A model generated the notes under the pieces. That model searched no databases. It worked only from the letters and a program-made list of their open reading frames with translations, and was not told where the DNA came from. The position numbers were made by a program, and so were the translations under genes. From an uncultured bacterium (GTDB taxonomy: Bacteria; Zhuqueibacterota; QNDG01; DTFT01): DNA of 64,000 nucleotides. Location: positions 201,111 through 265,110 of the forward strand of contig CAVTNR010000008.1 in NCBI GenBank assembly GCA_963736115.1, in the 5' to 3' direction. Below, in pieces: positions 11,205 through 20,683 of the stretch (its first letter is position 1; each line of letters starts with the position of its first letter).

Positions 11205-11673
11205 CGTTCTTCTCTTCCTCTCGGCGGATCGACCGCAGCAGTTTCCGGGTCCCGTCCGGCGTCATGTTCGCGTGAAACTCCCCGTTGATCGAGATGACCG
11301 GCGCCAGGCCGCATGCGCCGATGCAGGCGACGACTTCCAGGCTGAAGAGCCCGTCCTTGGTGGCGGCGCCGGGTTCGATTTTAAGATCGCGCTTCAGCGC
11401 GTCCAGCACCTTGGCGGATCCCTTCACGTGGCAGGCCGTGCCCCGGCAGACCTGGATGTGGTGCTTTCCGTTCGACTGAAAGCGGAACTGGTTGTAGAAG
11501 GTGGCGACGCCGTAGATCTTGCTCGCGGGAAGCCGCAGATGACGGCCGATGCGGGCCACGGCCTCGCGGGACAGGAAACCCTCGCTCTCCTGGATTTCCT
11601 GGAGCAGGGGGATCAGCTGGTCCCGCCTCGCGTTTTTGTATTTTTCGAGTATGGTCTCGACCGCTGGGCTCAT
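11191..11673 (-). CDS. hydC: NuoE-like 2Fe-2S hydrogenase subunit
   Basis: YGVATFY, VCRGTACH and ACIGACGLAP motifs. Confidence 0.93.
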   Translation of the reverse strand: MSPAVETILEKYKNARRDQLIPLLQEIQESEGFLSREAVARIGRHLRLPASKIYGVATFYNQFRFQSNGKHHIQVCRGTACHVKGSAKVLDALKRDLKIEPGAATKDGLFSLEVVACIGACGLAPVISINGEFHANMTPDGTRKLLRSIRREEEKNDAAN

Positions 11674-12314
11674 CCCGTTTCCTTTCGCTGTCCGGTTTTC
11701 GGACCGGAGAAGTAAACCACTTTTTCGACGGCCATGATCATGTCCCGGTTCTCGACATACACGTCCGGCGGAACGATCAGACGGGTGGGGGCATAGTTCA
11801 GAATGCCGCGGACGCCGCCTTCGACGAAGGCGTCCGTCACGGTCTGGGCCGCTCCCGCGGGCACGCAGAGGATGCCGGTGCGGATGCTCCGGCCGCGGAT
11901 GATTTCGGAGAGCCGGTCAATGGGATAGCAACGGCATCCGTGTATCACGCGTTCCGTCTTTTCCGGGTCCGTATCGAATGCGGCCGTGATCTCCAGGAGA
12001 GTCGATCGTCCCTGAAAGTAGGCGAGTATGGCGCGGCCGATGGAGCCGATGCCCGCGAGAGCCACTTCCCGTTTTTCCCGCGGATCCACGAGCGCGCTGA
12101 TGCTTTGAATCAGCTTGGCTTTGTCGTAACCGCGCGCCGGAGAGCCGGTATAACCGACCTGCATCAGGTCTCGGCGGACCTGGGCGGGCGTGAAACCGGC
12201 CATGCGGCCGAGCTGGTGGGAATAGATACCTGTTTCGTTTTCAGCGGTTGCCTGTAAAAGCAATCCTCTGTACAGAATCAGGCGTTCAATTGTTTTTTCT
12301 GAAATTACGCTCAT
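11670..12314 (-). CDS. rex: Redox-sensing transcriptional repressor Rex
   Basis: ISEKTIERLILY, wHTH QVRRDL...G...GY, Rossmann GIGSIGRA, GILNYAP. Confidence 0.93.
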   Translation of the reverse strand: MSVISEKTIERLILYRGLLLQATAENETGIYSHQLGRMAGFTPAQVRRDLMQVGYTGSPARGYDKAKLIQSISALVDPREKREVALAGIGSIGRAILAYFQGRSTLLEITAAFDTDPEKTERVIHGCRCYPIDRLSEIIRGRSIRTGILCVPAGAAQTVTDAFVEGGVRGILNYAPTRLIVPPDVYVENRDMIMAVEKVVYFSGPKTGQRKETG

Positions 12315-12347
12315 TAGATTCGCTTGGTTGCTGTTACTGCAATAACA

Positions 12348-12365
12348 TTGTGAAAAATTTCACAG
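12348..12365. promoter_or_regulatory. Rex operator
   Basis: TTGTGAA-AAAT-TTCACAG matches the established Rex box TTGTGAA-N4-TTCACAA at 13 of 14 positions, about 34 bp upstream of the rex start. Confidence 0.88.
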
Positions 12366-12367
12366 TC

Positions 12368-12396
12368 AATATAAATAAAAGGTCTAGGAAAAGCAA
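12368..12396 (-). promoter_or_regulatory. Sigma70-type promoter of the rex-hyd operon
   Basis: Minus strand TTGCTT-17 bp-TATATT immediately upstream of the Rex box. Confidence 0.65.
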
Positions 12397-13116
12397 GTGA
12401 ATTTTCATTCATATTGTAATAAATAATTCAATTCCGGTCTTGCGACGGACTTGATCCTGTTCTCGGGACTGCAGGGATATATAATGTATAAATTCTTCAT
12501 TCCTGTGTGAGCCATGTTGCCACGCCCGGTGCTCAATCCAATTTTTTTATTCCTCTACATCCGTCTGACCCGATCCGGCATCCATTTGGTTTCCGCTTCG
12601 TCGGACCGATCATACGTTTCCCGTTCCGATTGAAGACGAATTATGGTTGGGCAATAAATTGGATTCCTCCGTCCGATCGGGCCGAATGTTCGGTCTTCCG
12701 CACTTTCCGTAACGGGTGAAGGTCGAGGTCATTTTTTAATTTTAGATTCGACTGATCAGGAAGGCCCGATTATCTTCTTCCGATTGCCGGGAAAGCGATG
12801 GTAACGATTGGATTCGGAGCCGGCCGGATGACAGAATAACCGGCGGCGTCACGCGGTCCGGGTGCGTTCAACCGGGCGTCCGGAAGCCTGGAATACTGGT
12901 TCCGGTTTTTCCGGATGATCGGTGATCAGGCTTCCGGCCGCTCCGTGAGTCTGATTTTCCGGTCGCGCGAAGTCTTCAATAATTGGCATCTGTTGGTTGA
13001 TCCCGCATAGCGGGACGGGGCTACGGCGTCCTTCATTTTACTGGACTTTCTTTTTTTAATAACGTAAATTGATTGAGTGACGTTGATTGCAATCCCAAAG
13101 GTTCCGGAGGACCCAC

Positions 13117-13503
13117 ATGCCCAAACGCATTCTGCTGATCGATGACGACCAGGATTTTGTGAGTATGAACCGGATGGCCCTGGAAAAGGCCGGATATCAG
13201 GTCCTGACCGCGTATGACGGAAAGGAAGGCCTCGAGAAAGCGGTCCGCGAAATGCCCGACTGCATCGTGCTGGACGTGATGATGACCGAGGAGACCGAGG
13301 GTTTCCACACCGCCAAGGCGATACGGGAACATGAAGCACTCAGCCGGACGCCGATTCTCATGCTGACCTCGATCCGAGAAGCCATGGATCTGCCTTTCAA
13401 GTACGAGCCGGACGAACAGTTTCTTCCGGTTACGGAATTCGTCGAGAAGCCCCTGCCGCCCGCCGAGCTGGTAGCCAAGGTAGCGAAGCTGACGGAAAAG
13501 TAG
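13117..13503 (+). CDS. Single-domain response regulator (REC)
   Basis: GGAGG RBS then MPKRILLIDDDQD...LDVMM...LTS...KP. Confidence 0.9.
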   Translation: MPKRILLIDDDQDFVSMNRMALEKAGYQVLTAYDGKEGLEKAVREMPDCIVLDVMMTEETEGFHTAKAIREHEALSRTPILMLTSIREAMDLPFKYEPDEQFLPVTEFVEKPLPPAELVAKVAKLTEK

Positions 13504-13535
13504 GTGACCGACCAAACGAGTGGAGGAGATGAAAG

Positions 13536-14324
13536 ATGAGAACCGGACGTTTTGTTCTGATCCTCGCCCTGGCGCCGGCTTTCCTCTTCGGCCAGGCCGC
13601 GAAGGAAAAAGGGAAAGTCTTCACTGTCAAATTGGGGCCGACTCATCAGTCCTCCCAGTTCGGACTTGCGGGGAAACGGCTTCAGCCGTATGCCGGTCTG
13701 GACTATGCTTCGGCCTCGTTCACGGCGGATATGGGCCTGCTCATGTGGGCCGAGAATCCATCGACCCTTGAACTCGTGAAGGCCATGAAAATCGGCGCGG
13801 TCGTGGAGGGCTCGGTTTCATTCTGGATGCCCCATGCCGGAGTCAAGTACTATCTGGCGGACGGCGAATCGCGGCCGTACGTGTTCGGAGGCGTGTATAA
13901 GAACTTTTCCTCGATCGACGCCGCGCTCGACCTGAAACTCCAGGGGTACGACGAGAACGGGGAGGACGCAGGCGACCCGATTTCGTCCGATACGGACCTG
14001 CTGGAGGACGATCTGAAGGAATTCGTCGAGAGTCTGCTCAACCACTGGGGCGTGCAGGCCGGGTTCGGGGTCGAGTGGCGCGTCAACAAGCATTTCGGCA
14101 TCGGCGGGGAATACGGGGTGAAACTGAATTTCAATTCGGCCGAACAGAAGTTCAATGACACCAGCGCGCTCGCCGTGCTGGGGCTTCTCCTCGGCGATAT
14201 GGGGACGAACCCGGAAGCGGGCACGGGCAGCCTGCTCGGGGCTGAACGGACCGATCTCGTCCTCGATCTTTCCGGCAAGTACATCACGAGCCAGGCGTCG
14301 GTGGTGTTCAACTTCTACTTTTAA
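13536..14324 (+). CDS. Outer-membrane beta-barrel protein (hypothetical)
   Basis: Signal peptide, alternating beta-strand pattern (RPYVFGG, GFGVEWRV...FGIGGEYG), C-terminal FNFYF. Confidence 0.7.
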   Translation: MRTGRFVLILALAPAFLFGQAAKEKGKVFTVKLGPTHQSSQFGLAGKRLQPYAGLDYASASFTADMGLLMWAENPSTLELVKAMKIGAVVEGSVSFWMPHAGVKYYLADGESRPYVFGGVYKNFSSIDAALDLKLQGYDENGEDAGDPISSDTDLLEDDLKEFVESLLNHWGVQAGFGVEWRVNKHFGIGGEYGVKLNFNSAEQKFNDTSALAVLGLLLGDMGTNPEAGTGSLLGAERTDLVLDLSGKYITSQASVVFNFYF

Positions 14325-14353
14325 TTTCTCCTGACATTTCGGTTTTTTTGTTC

Positions 14354-14384
14354 GGCCGGCTCCAGTGGGGGCCGGCTTTTTTTT
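14354..14384 (+). terminator. Intrinsic terminator
   Basis: GCCGGCTCC-AGTG-GGGGCCGGC hairpin followed by T8. Confidence 0.8.
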
Positions 14385-14385
14385 C

Positions 14386-14485
14386 AGTTCATAATTCATG
14401 GTTCATAGTTCATAGTTAACAAAACAGATATACAGCTTTTAAGTCACTTCCTTAACTATGAATCATGAACTATGAACCATGAACT
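14386..14485. repeat. Heptamer-arm inverted repeat, (RGTTCAT)n ... (ATGAACY)n
   Basis: 4-5 tandem heptamers, a unique loop, then the reverse-complement heptamers; the same family recurs at 20.3-21.7 kb and 37.6 kb. Confidence 0.85.
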
Positions 14486-14534
14486 TTTAATGATGAAATT
14501 CGGATTTTGTGATGAAATAGTAATAAAAATTTCC

Positions 14535-14588
14535 TTGACATTCCCGAAAAATCAGTTTACTTTATCCAGCCTGACGTTAACGTTAACG
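14535..14588 (+). promoter_or_regulatory. Sigma70 promoter plus LacI-type operator
   Basis: TTGACA(14535)-17 bp-TACTTT(14558), followed by the perfect palindrome CGTTAACGTTAACG (14575-14588) with a central CG, as typical of LacI-family operators. Confidence 0.78.
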
Positions 14589-14620
14589 CAAATTCCGCTC
14601 CCGGGGGGCCCCGCTGTCGC

Positions 14621-15739
14621 ATGGTCACCATCCGTGAAATCGCCCAGAAGGCCGGCGTCTCCATCGGCACCGTGGACCGGGCCCTGCACAACCGGGGCCG
14701 CGTGTCCAAGGCGACGCAGGAGCGGATCTCCCGGATCATCGCCGAGTGCCGGTACAAGCCCAATGTGTTCGCGAGCCATCTCTCCCTGGCCAAAAAGTAC
14801 ACGTTCGCGGTCCTGACCCCGGAGCCCGAGCAGGACGGCCGCTACTGGGAGCTCCCGATGCGGGGCATCCGCAAAGCCGCGGACGAACTGAAACCCTACC
14901 CGATCCGCATCTGGCCCGTCCATTACGACAAATACTCGGAATCATCCTTTTTCAAGGCGGGGGAGAAGATCCTGAAATCCAAGTCGGAAGTGGACGGCCT
15001 CGTCGTCGCGCCCGTGCTCTCCGCCGCCTCCGAAACCTTTGTCCGCAGAATCCCCCCGGCCCTGCCGTACGTGTTCATCGACTCATACGTGCCGGACACG
15101 TCCTGCCTGTCCCGCATCGCCCAGAACCCCTACCGGAGCGGCGCGCTCGGCGCCCGGCTCATGGATCTTCTCATCGGCGGAAAGGGCACGGTCGCGGTGT
15201 GCCGCATCGTCCCGCGCGATTACCACATTGACGACCGGGTCAACGGCTTCACCGAGGCCCTCCGGTTCCGGAAGGACGTGGAAATCGTATCCTTCGAGGC
15301 CGACCGGAGGACGGATGAGGCTGTTTTCTACCATCTGGCGGAGCGCATTCTGGCCGAACGGCCATCCTGCAACGGCATTTTCGTGCCCAATTCGCTGGGC
15401 CACCAGGTGGCGCAGCTGCTCAAGGAGCGGGTGCCGCCGGGCCGCATCCATCTCATCGGATATGACCTGGTCGAGCCGAACCTCCCGTTCCTGAAGGAGG
15501 GCTGGATCCGTTTCCTGATCAGCCAGAGGCCGGATGTGCAGGGGTACCAGGGCATTCAGCTTCTGGTTCAGCATCTCCTGCTGAAGAATCCCGTTCCGGC
15601 GGAGATGAATCTTCCCATCGACATCGTCACGGCCGAAAACCTGGACGAGCACGCCGGAACCGACCCGCAGGAACACCGTGGCCCGTCCGCTGAGACGCGT
15701 GAAACGCGCCAGGCCGGCCGAAAGGCTTATAAAAAATAA
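14621..15739 (+). CDS. LacI-family transcriptional regulator
   Basis: MVTIREIAQKAGVSIGTVDRALHNRGRVS HTH plus a periplasmic-binding-protein-like sensor domain. Confidence 0.93.
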   Translation: MVTIREIAQKAGVSIGTVDRALHNRGRVSKATQERISRIIAECRYKPNVFASHLSLAKKYTFAVLTPEPEQDGRYWELPMRGIRKAADELKPYPIRIWPVHYDKYSESSFFKAGEKILKSKSEVDGLVVAPVLSAASETFVRRIPPALPYVFIDSYVPDTSCLSRIAQNPYRSGALGARLMDLLIGGKGTVAVCRIVPRDYHIDDRVNGFTEALRFRKDVEIVSFEADRRTDEAVFYHLAERILAERPSCNGIFVPNSLGHQVAQLLKERVPPGRIHLIGYDLVEPNLPFLKEGWIRFLISQRPDVQGYQGIQLLVQHLLLKNPVPAEMNLPIDIVTAENLDEHAGTDPQEHRGPSAETRETRQAGRKAYKK

Positions 15740-15784
15740 CCTCACCGCGGCGTACGCCGCTTTCACCCCATCATGGGAGGCCGT

Positions 15785-16891
15785 ATGGCTTATCAGTTGA
15801 AGGACCTGCAGTACCAGAAGGCTGCGATCAGCCCCGAAAAGATGCTTGAGAACCTGAAGAAGGACCTGAAAATCCGGACATCAGTGGGGATCTGGTATTT
15901 CACGCCTGGCGGCGGCCGTTTCCATGACCGTTTCGTCAAGGAAGCTTCCGTTACGGAACGCCTGAAAATGGCCGAGGACCTGGCCAAATTCGGGGTCACC
16001 GGCATCGAGGCGCATTATCCGGACGAGGTGAACGAGGACAATCTGCACCTCTTTCAGCAGCTCGAGAAGAACGCGGGCATCAAACTCATCGGCGTCCCTT
16101 TCTCCCATTTCTACCACACGCGGTTCGAGTTCGGCAGTCTGTCGAGCCCGGATGCGGCCGTGCGCAAGGCGGCGAAGGACATCGCGGTGAAGGGGCTCCA
16201 GCTGGTCCAGGCCGCGGGCGCCGGGGCGGCGATTTCCTGGCCGGGCATGGACGGATACCGCTACATTCACGGCAAGCCCTACATGCAGATGTGGGACTGG
16301 TTCGAATCCTCCATGGCCGAGGCCCTGGACGAGGTTCCGGGCGTGCGCGTGGCCATCGAACCCAAGGGGTATGAGCCCGCGCCGAACAACATCTACCGCA
16401 CGACCGCGGAGGGCGTGCTCGCCTGCCAGCGCATCGAGGCGAAGCTGAAGAACCCGAAGAACGTCGAGCTGATCAAGAAGGGCGTGACCCTCATGGGTCT
16501 GAATCCCGAAATCGGCCACGTGAAAATGAGCTTCGAGATGCTGCCCGCGGCCTACGCCATGTGCATGATGGAAGGCCGGCTGGCGCACACCCACTGGAAC
16601 AGCCAGCCCGACGGCAATTACGATCAGGACAACAACGTGGGCGTGGTCAATTTCCCGGAAACCGAGGCCCTGCTGTACACGCTCTGGGCGCACGGGTATG
16701 ACGAGTACTTCGGCATCGATATCAACCCCGAGAATATGCCCTTCCAGAAGGCGGTTGAGATCAACGTCATGGCGATCAAGCGTCTCAAGGAGCGCGTCGC
16801 GCGCCTGCCGCACGAGAAGCTGATGGCCTGCCATCTCGATCCCGCCAATCACCGCGGCGAGCTCGAGGAAATTCTCATCAAAAACTGGTAG
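15785..16891 (+). CDS. Xylose isomerase-like TIM-barrel sugar isomerase
   Basis: Motifs EAHYP, WPGMDG, IEPK.YEP, NPEIGH, YDQD, GIDIN match xylose/rhamnose isomerase metal ligands; adjacent to xylulokinase. Confidence 0.8.
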   Translation: MAYQLKDLQYQKAAISPEKMLENLKKDLKIRTSVGIWYFTPGGGRFHDRFVKEASVTERLKMAEDLAKFGVTGIEAHYPDEVNEDNLHLFQQLEKNAGIKLIGVPFSHFYHTRFEFGSLSSPDAAVRKAAKDIAVKGLQLVQAAGAGAAISWPGMDGYRYIHGKPYMQMWDWFESSMAEALDEVPGVRVAIEPKGYEPAPNNIYRTTAEGVLACQRIEAKLKNPKNVELIKKGVTLMGLNPEIGHVKMSFEMLPAAYAMCMMEGRLAHTHWNSQPDGNYDQDNNVGVVNFPETEALLYTLWAHGYDEYFGIDINPENMPFQKAVEINVMAIKRLKERVARLPHEKLMACHLDPANHRGELEEILIKNW

Positions 16892-16900
16892 GAGCGGGCC

Positions 16901-18487
16901 ATGTCCGAATCGCTGTTCGCGGGCCTGGACGTCTCCACCCAGGGCACCAAGCTTGTAGTGATCGACCCCGCCGCCGCCGACGTCGTATTCGTCGCCGGGG
17001 TGAACTACGACGTCGACCTGCCGCAGTACGGCACGAAGGACGGCGTCATGCGCAACCGGGGGGAGGGCGCTTCCGAGTCCGATCCCCGCATGTGGATCGA
17101 GGCCGTTCGCTGCGTGTTCGCGGCCGCGAAATCCGCGGGTGTCGACTTCGGCCGGATCCGCTGCGTGTCCGTAAGCGGACAGCAGCACGGTCTCGTGTCG
17201 CTCGACGCCGCGGGCGAATTGACCCGCCCGGCCAGCAAGCTGTGGAACGACTTCTCCACGTCGGAGGAGTGCCGCATTCTGACGGAAAAACTGGGCGGCC
17301 TGAAGGCGGTGATCCGCGAGACCGGCAACAGCCAGCGGACCGGATACACGGCGGCCAAGATCTTCCACATGAAGCGGCATGAACCGCAGGCGTTCCGGAA
17401 AACCGCCACTTTCTTTCTGGTGCACAATTACATCAACTGGGTGCTGACCGGGGGCAAGGAAGGCGGCGTGCGAGTCATGGAGCCCGGCGACACTTCGGGC
17501 ATGGCGCTCTGGAACCCGAAAACCGGGCGCTGGTCCAAAAAGGCGCTCGCCGCGATCGATCCCTCACTGTCGAAGAAGATCCCGCCGGTGAAACCTTCGG
17601 ACGCGAGCATCGGCCGCATCGGCGCCGCGTTCGTCCGCGAATTCGGATTCCCGGCGGACTGCAGGATCGACGCGGGATGCGGCGACAACATGTACGGCGC
17701 GGTCGGCACCGGCAATGTCATGCCGGGCATCGTGACCGTCAGCCTCGGGACCAGCGGCACGGCGTACACGTTCATGAAAACGCCGTATGTGGACCCGACC
17801 GGCGAAATCGCCGCGTTCTGCGACAGCACGGGGCATTACCTGCCCCTGCTCTGCGTGTCCAACCTGGCGAACGGGTACAACGAGATCCTCCGCCTGCACG
17901 GCATCTCTCACGAGGCCTTCAACACGCTTGTGAAGAAAACGAAGCCGGGCAACGGCGGCCGTCTGCTCCTGCCCTGGTACATGGGCGAACGCACGCCGGA
18001 CCTGCCCTGGGCCACGCCGCTGTATTTCGGATTCGGGCTCGACGACTTCACGCCCGAAATTCTCAGCCGCGCCGTGCTGGAGGGCCACGTCCTGAATCTG
18101 TTCGAAGGGTTCTGCCGCATGCCGGTGAAGCCGAAAGAAATCCGGCTCACGGGCGGCATGTCCAAGTCCGAGGCCTGGTGCCAGACCATCGCCGACGTGT
18201 TTGAGGCGGAGACGGTGCCGGTCGAGGGCGAGGGCGCGGCGCTCGGCGCCGCTTTGCACGCGGCATGGGTGTGGAAGAAGGAGTGCGGAAAGGGCGGCAA
18301 GTCCGCCAAGCTTGCCGATGTGGTGAAGCCTTTCGTGAAGCTCGACGAGTCGCGCCGGAAGAAGCCGGTGGCCGAGAACGTCGCGGTGTATCGCGCGATG
18401 AAGCAGGCCTACTTCGCGCTTTCCGGACGCGTCCGCGGCAAGGGCGGTGAGGATCCGTTCGAGCTGAGAAGCAAAATGAGTTCATAG
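16901..18487 (+). CDS. xylB: Xylulokinase (FGGY family)
   Basis: GLDVSTQGTK, SGQQHG, LWND, GDN, SLGTSG, GERTP, LTGGMSKS. Confidence 0.85.
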   Translation: MSESLFAGLDVSTQGTKLVVIDPAAADVVFVAGVNYDVDLPQYGTKDGVMRNRGEGASESDPRMWIEAVRCVFAAAKSAGVDFGRIRCVSVSGQQHGLVSLDAAGELTRPASKLWNDFSTSEECRILTEKLGGLKAVIRETGNSQRTGYTAAKIFHMKRHEPQAFRKTATFFLVHNYINWVLTGGKEGGVRVMEPGDTSGMALWNPKTGRWSKKALAAIDPSLSKKIPPVKPSDASIGRIGAAFVREFGFPADCRIDAGCGDNMYGAVGTGNVMPGIVTVSLGTSGTAYTFMKTPYVDPTGEIAAFCDSTGHYLPLLCVSNLANGYNEILRLHGISHEAFNTLVKKTKPGNGGRLLLPWYMGERTPDLPWATPLYFGFGLDDFTPEILSRAVLEGHVLNLFEGFCRMPVKPKEIRLTGGMSKSEAWCQTIADVFEAETVPVEGEGAALGAALHAAWVWKKECGKGGKSAKLADVVKPFVKLDESRRKKPVAENVAVYRAMKQAYFALSGRVRGKGGEDPFELRSKMSS

Positions 18488-18550
18488 TTCATTGTTCTCA
18501 GAATACCGGTTCCGGGTTCCGAGTTGTTAAAATGTTCCGCGTTCCGGGTT

Positions 18551-18598
18551 GTAGGTCCGATATGCCGAGTCCCCGACGGGGACGAGGCTATCGGACAT
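18551..18598 (+). repeat. GTAG-family REP (GTAGGTCCGATATGCC...GGCTATCGGAC)
   Basis: Imperfect palindrome preceded by GTAG; homologous copies at 26272, 30148, 33005 and 33216. Confidence 0.85.
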
Positions 18599-18625
18599 AC
18601 ACCTGTTACGGTAGACAATCGGCAA

Positions 18626-18665
18626 TCGGGTATCCTCCATCTGGAGGATACCCGACTCTTTTTTT
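18626..18665 (+). terminator. Intrinsic terminator after the sugar operon
   Basis: TCGGGTATCCTCCA-TC-TGGAGGATACCCGA hairpin then CTC-T7. Confidence 0.7.
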
Positions 18666-18736
18666 GCCGGCCGGCCGGAGCGGGAACCGGTTTTCCCGGA
18701 TCACGTAAAACCTTCAAATGAACGATCGGAAGGGAT

Positions 18737-19894
18737 ATGAATTACAGGCCATTCGGTAATACGGACTGGAACGTCTCGGCTCTGGGATTCGGGGCCATGC
18801 GCCTGCCGGTCACGGACGGGAATCCGGGCGGACCGGCGGTGGATGAGGCGGAAAGCGTCCGCATGATCAGGGCGGCGATAGACGGCGGCGTGAACTACGT
18901 GGACACGGCATATCCCTATCACGGGGGTATGAGCGAAACCGTTGTCGGGAAGGCGCTGGCGGGCGGGTACCGGTCGAAAGTCCGTCTGACGACCAAGAGT
19001 CCGGTGTGGCTGATTCAGAAACCCGTTGATTTCGACCGGTATCTGAACGAACAGCTGAACCGCCTGGGTACGGATCGGATCGATTATTACCTGCTGCACG
19101 CGCTGGATGCCGGGCGGTGGAACGACGTCGTTCTCAGGCACGGGCTTCTGGAAAAAGGCGAAGCCGCTGTCGCGGACGGACGCATCGGATCCCTGGGCTT
19201 CTCTTTTCACGACGGGTTCGATACATTCATGCGCATTCTGGACGGAACTGACAAGTGGGGGATATGCCAGATCCAGTACAATTACCTGGACGTTGAAAAC
19301 CAGGCGGGGAAACGCGGTCTGGAGGAAGCAACCGCGAGGGGCATTCCCGTGGTTGTCATGGAACCCCTGCTCGGCGGAAGGCTTGCCCGTCCGCCCCTGA
19401 AGATCAGGAAGATGATCGAAGTCCATCCTTCGGGCCGGACTCCGGCGGAATGGGCCCTGGCCTGGCTGTGGGACCAGAGCGGCGTGTCCACGGTGCTGAG
19501 CGGCATGAGCGCCATGTCCGAGATCCGGGACAATCTTGCGTTCGCGGGCCGCGCTGAAACGGGGATGCTTGAAGCGGAGGACCGGGAAAGGATCGCGACG
19601 ATCCGGCAGGCCTACCAGGAATCGGCGCACATCCCGTGCACGAATTGCGGATACTGCATGCCCTGTCCGCACGGCGTCCTGATTCCGGCCAATTTCGGAT
19701 TATACAATGACATGTTCATGCACGAGAATCCCGGGGTGCCCCGTTTCAGCTACGCAAATTTCTTTCCGGACGCCGGCAAAGCTTCGGTCTGCGTGCAATG
19801 CGGTGAATGCCTGGACAAATGCCCTCAGAAAATCGACATCCCGGGATGGATGCCGAAAGTCCACGCAGAGCTCTCGGGGGAGGGGAAAGGATGA
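18737..19894 (+). CDS. Aldo/keto reductase with C-terminal 4Fe-4S dicluster
   Basis: SALGFGAMRLP, DTAYPY, LLHAL, GFSFH, MEPL; CTNCGYCMPCP and CVQCGECLDKCP. Confidence 0.92.
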   Translation: MNYRPFGNTDWNVSALGFGAMRLPVTDGNPGGPAVDEAESVRMIRAAIDGGVNYVDTAYPYHGGMSETVVGKALAGGYRSKVRLTTKSPVWLIQKPVDFDRYLNEQLNRLGTDRIDYYLLHALDAGRWNDVVLRHGLLEKGEAAVADGRIGSLGFSFHDGFDTFMRILDGTDKWGICQIQYNYLDVENQAGKRGLEEATARGIPVVVMEPLLGGRLARPPLKIRKMIEVHPSGRTPAEWALAWLWDQSGVSTVLSGMSAMSEIRDNLAFAGRAETGMLEAEDRERIATIRQAYQESAHIPCTNCGYCMPCPHGVLIPANFGLYNDMFMHENPGVPRFSYANFFPDAGKASVCVQCGECLDKCPQKIDIPGWMPKVHAELSGEGKG

Positions 19895-20065
19895 ACAAGG
19901 TTCCGGGTTGAAAACCATGGAGCGCTTCTAGATGGAAAACAGTTCTTTAACTCGGAACCCGGAACCCTGAACTCGGAACTCTTCTCGGGACAAATCCAGT
20001 AAAAAGAAAAGGATGGATCGGCTTTTGATCGTGGAATTGCCCGCAAGGCTATGAACAAAAAGAAT

Positions 20066-20094
20066 TTGACTTTTGAAATTCGTCTGGCTATATT
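20066..20094 (+). promoter_or_regulatory. Sigma70 promoter of the tRNA cluster
   Basis: TTGACT-17 bp-TATATT upstream of tRNA-Gln. Confidence 0.7.
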
Positions 20095-20128
20095 AAGTGC
20101 TCAATCCCGAAAAGGGAGAAACGGCCTT

Positions 20129-20202
20129 TGGGGAGTCGTCCAATGGTAGGACATGCGGCTCTGGACCGTAGTATCGGGGTTCGAATCCCTGCTCCCCAGC
20201 CA
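20129..20202 (+). tRNA. tRNA-Gln (CTG)
   Basis: Cloverleaf TGGGGAG...CTCCCCAG-CCA; anticodon loop CT-CTG-GA; TTCGAAT T-loop. Confidence 0.95.
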
Positions 20203-20208
20203 AGCGTT

Positions 20209-20282
20209 GCGCCCGTAGCTCAATTGGATAGAGCATCTGACTTCGGATCAGAGGGTTGTGGGTTCGAGTCCCTCCGGGCGTA
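20209..20282 (+). tRNA. tRNA-Arg (TCG)
   Basis: GCGCCCG...CGGGCGT-A; anticodon arm TCTGA-CT-TCG-GA-TCAGA. Confidence 0.95.
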
Positions 20283-20297
20283 CGGTTGAAAGAGAAA

Positions 20298-20397
20298 AGT
20301 TCATAGTTCATAGTTCATGGTTCATAGTTGAGAAGAAGGGGAAATAGTAAGCCTCGGCTCTTTTTTTCTATGAACTATGAACTATCAACCATGAACT
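20298..20397. repeat. Heptamer-arm inverted repeat
   Basis: (AGTTCAT/GGTTCAT) x4 ... (ATGAACT/ATGAACC) x4 between tRNAs. Confidence 0.85.
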
Positions 20398-20408
20398 GCT
20401 TTAAAAAT

Positions 20409-20481
20409 GGCGCGTTCGTCCAGAGGCCCAGGACGCCGGCCTCTCACGTCGGCAACACGGGTTCGAATCCCGTACGCGCTA
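20409..20481 (+). tRNA. tRNA-Glu (CTC)
   Basis: GGCGCGT...ACGCGCT-A; anticodon arm CCGGC-CT-CTC-AC-GTCGG. Confidence 0.94.
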
Positions 20482-20488
20482 CGACAAA

Positions 20489-20583
20489 AGTTCATGGTTC
20501 ATAGTTCAAAGTTCATAGTAAGAGAGGGCAACATCGGACCCCTTCGTTTTCCGCTATGAACCATGAACTATGAACCATGAACT
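20489..20583. repeat. Heptamer-arm inverted repeat
   Basis: Same family as 14386 and 20298. Confidence 0.85.
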
Positions 20584-20595
20584 GGTTTTTCTCTT

Positions 20596-20669
<74 letters not shown>

Positions 20670-20683
20670 CGGTTGGAAGAAAA

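Noticed and set aside
12400-13100. ncRNA or ORF in the 700-bp rex/response-regulator gap
   Set aside because: No recognisable motif or convincing ORF; an Rfam scan would be needed to exclude it.
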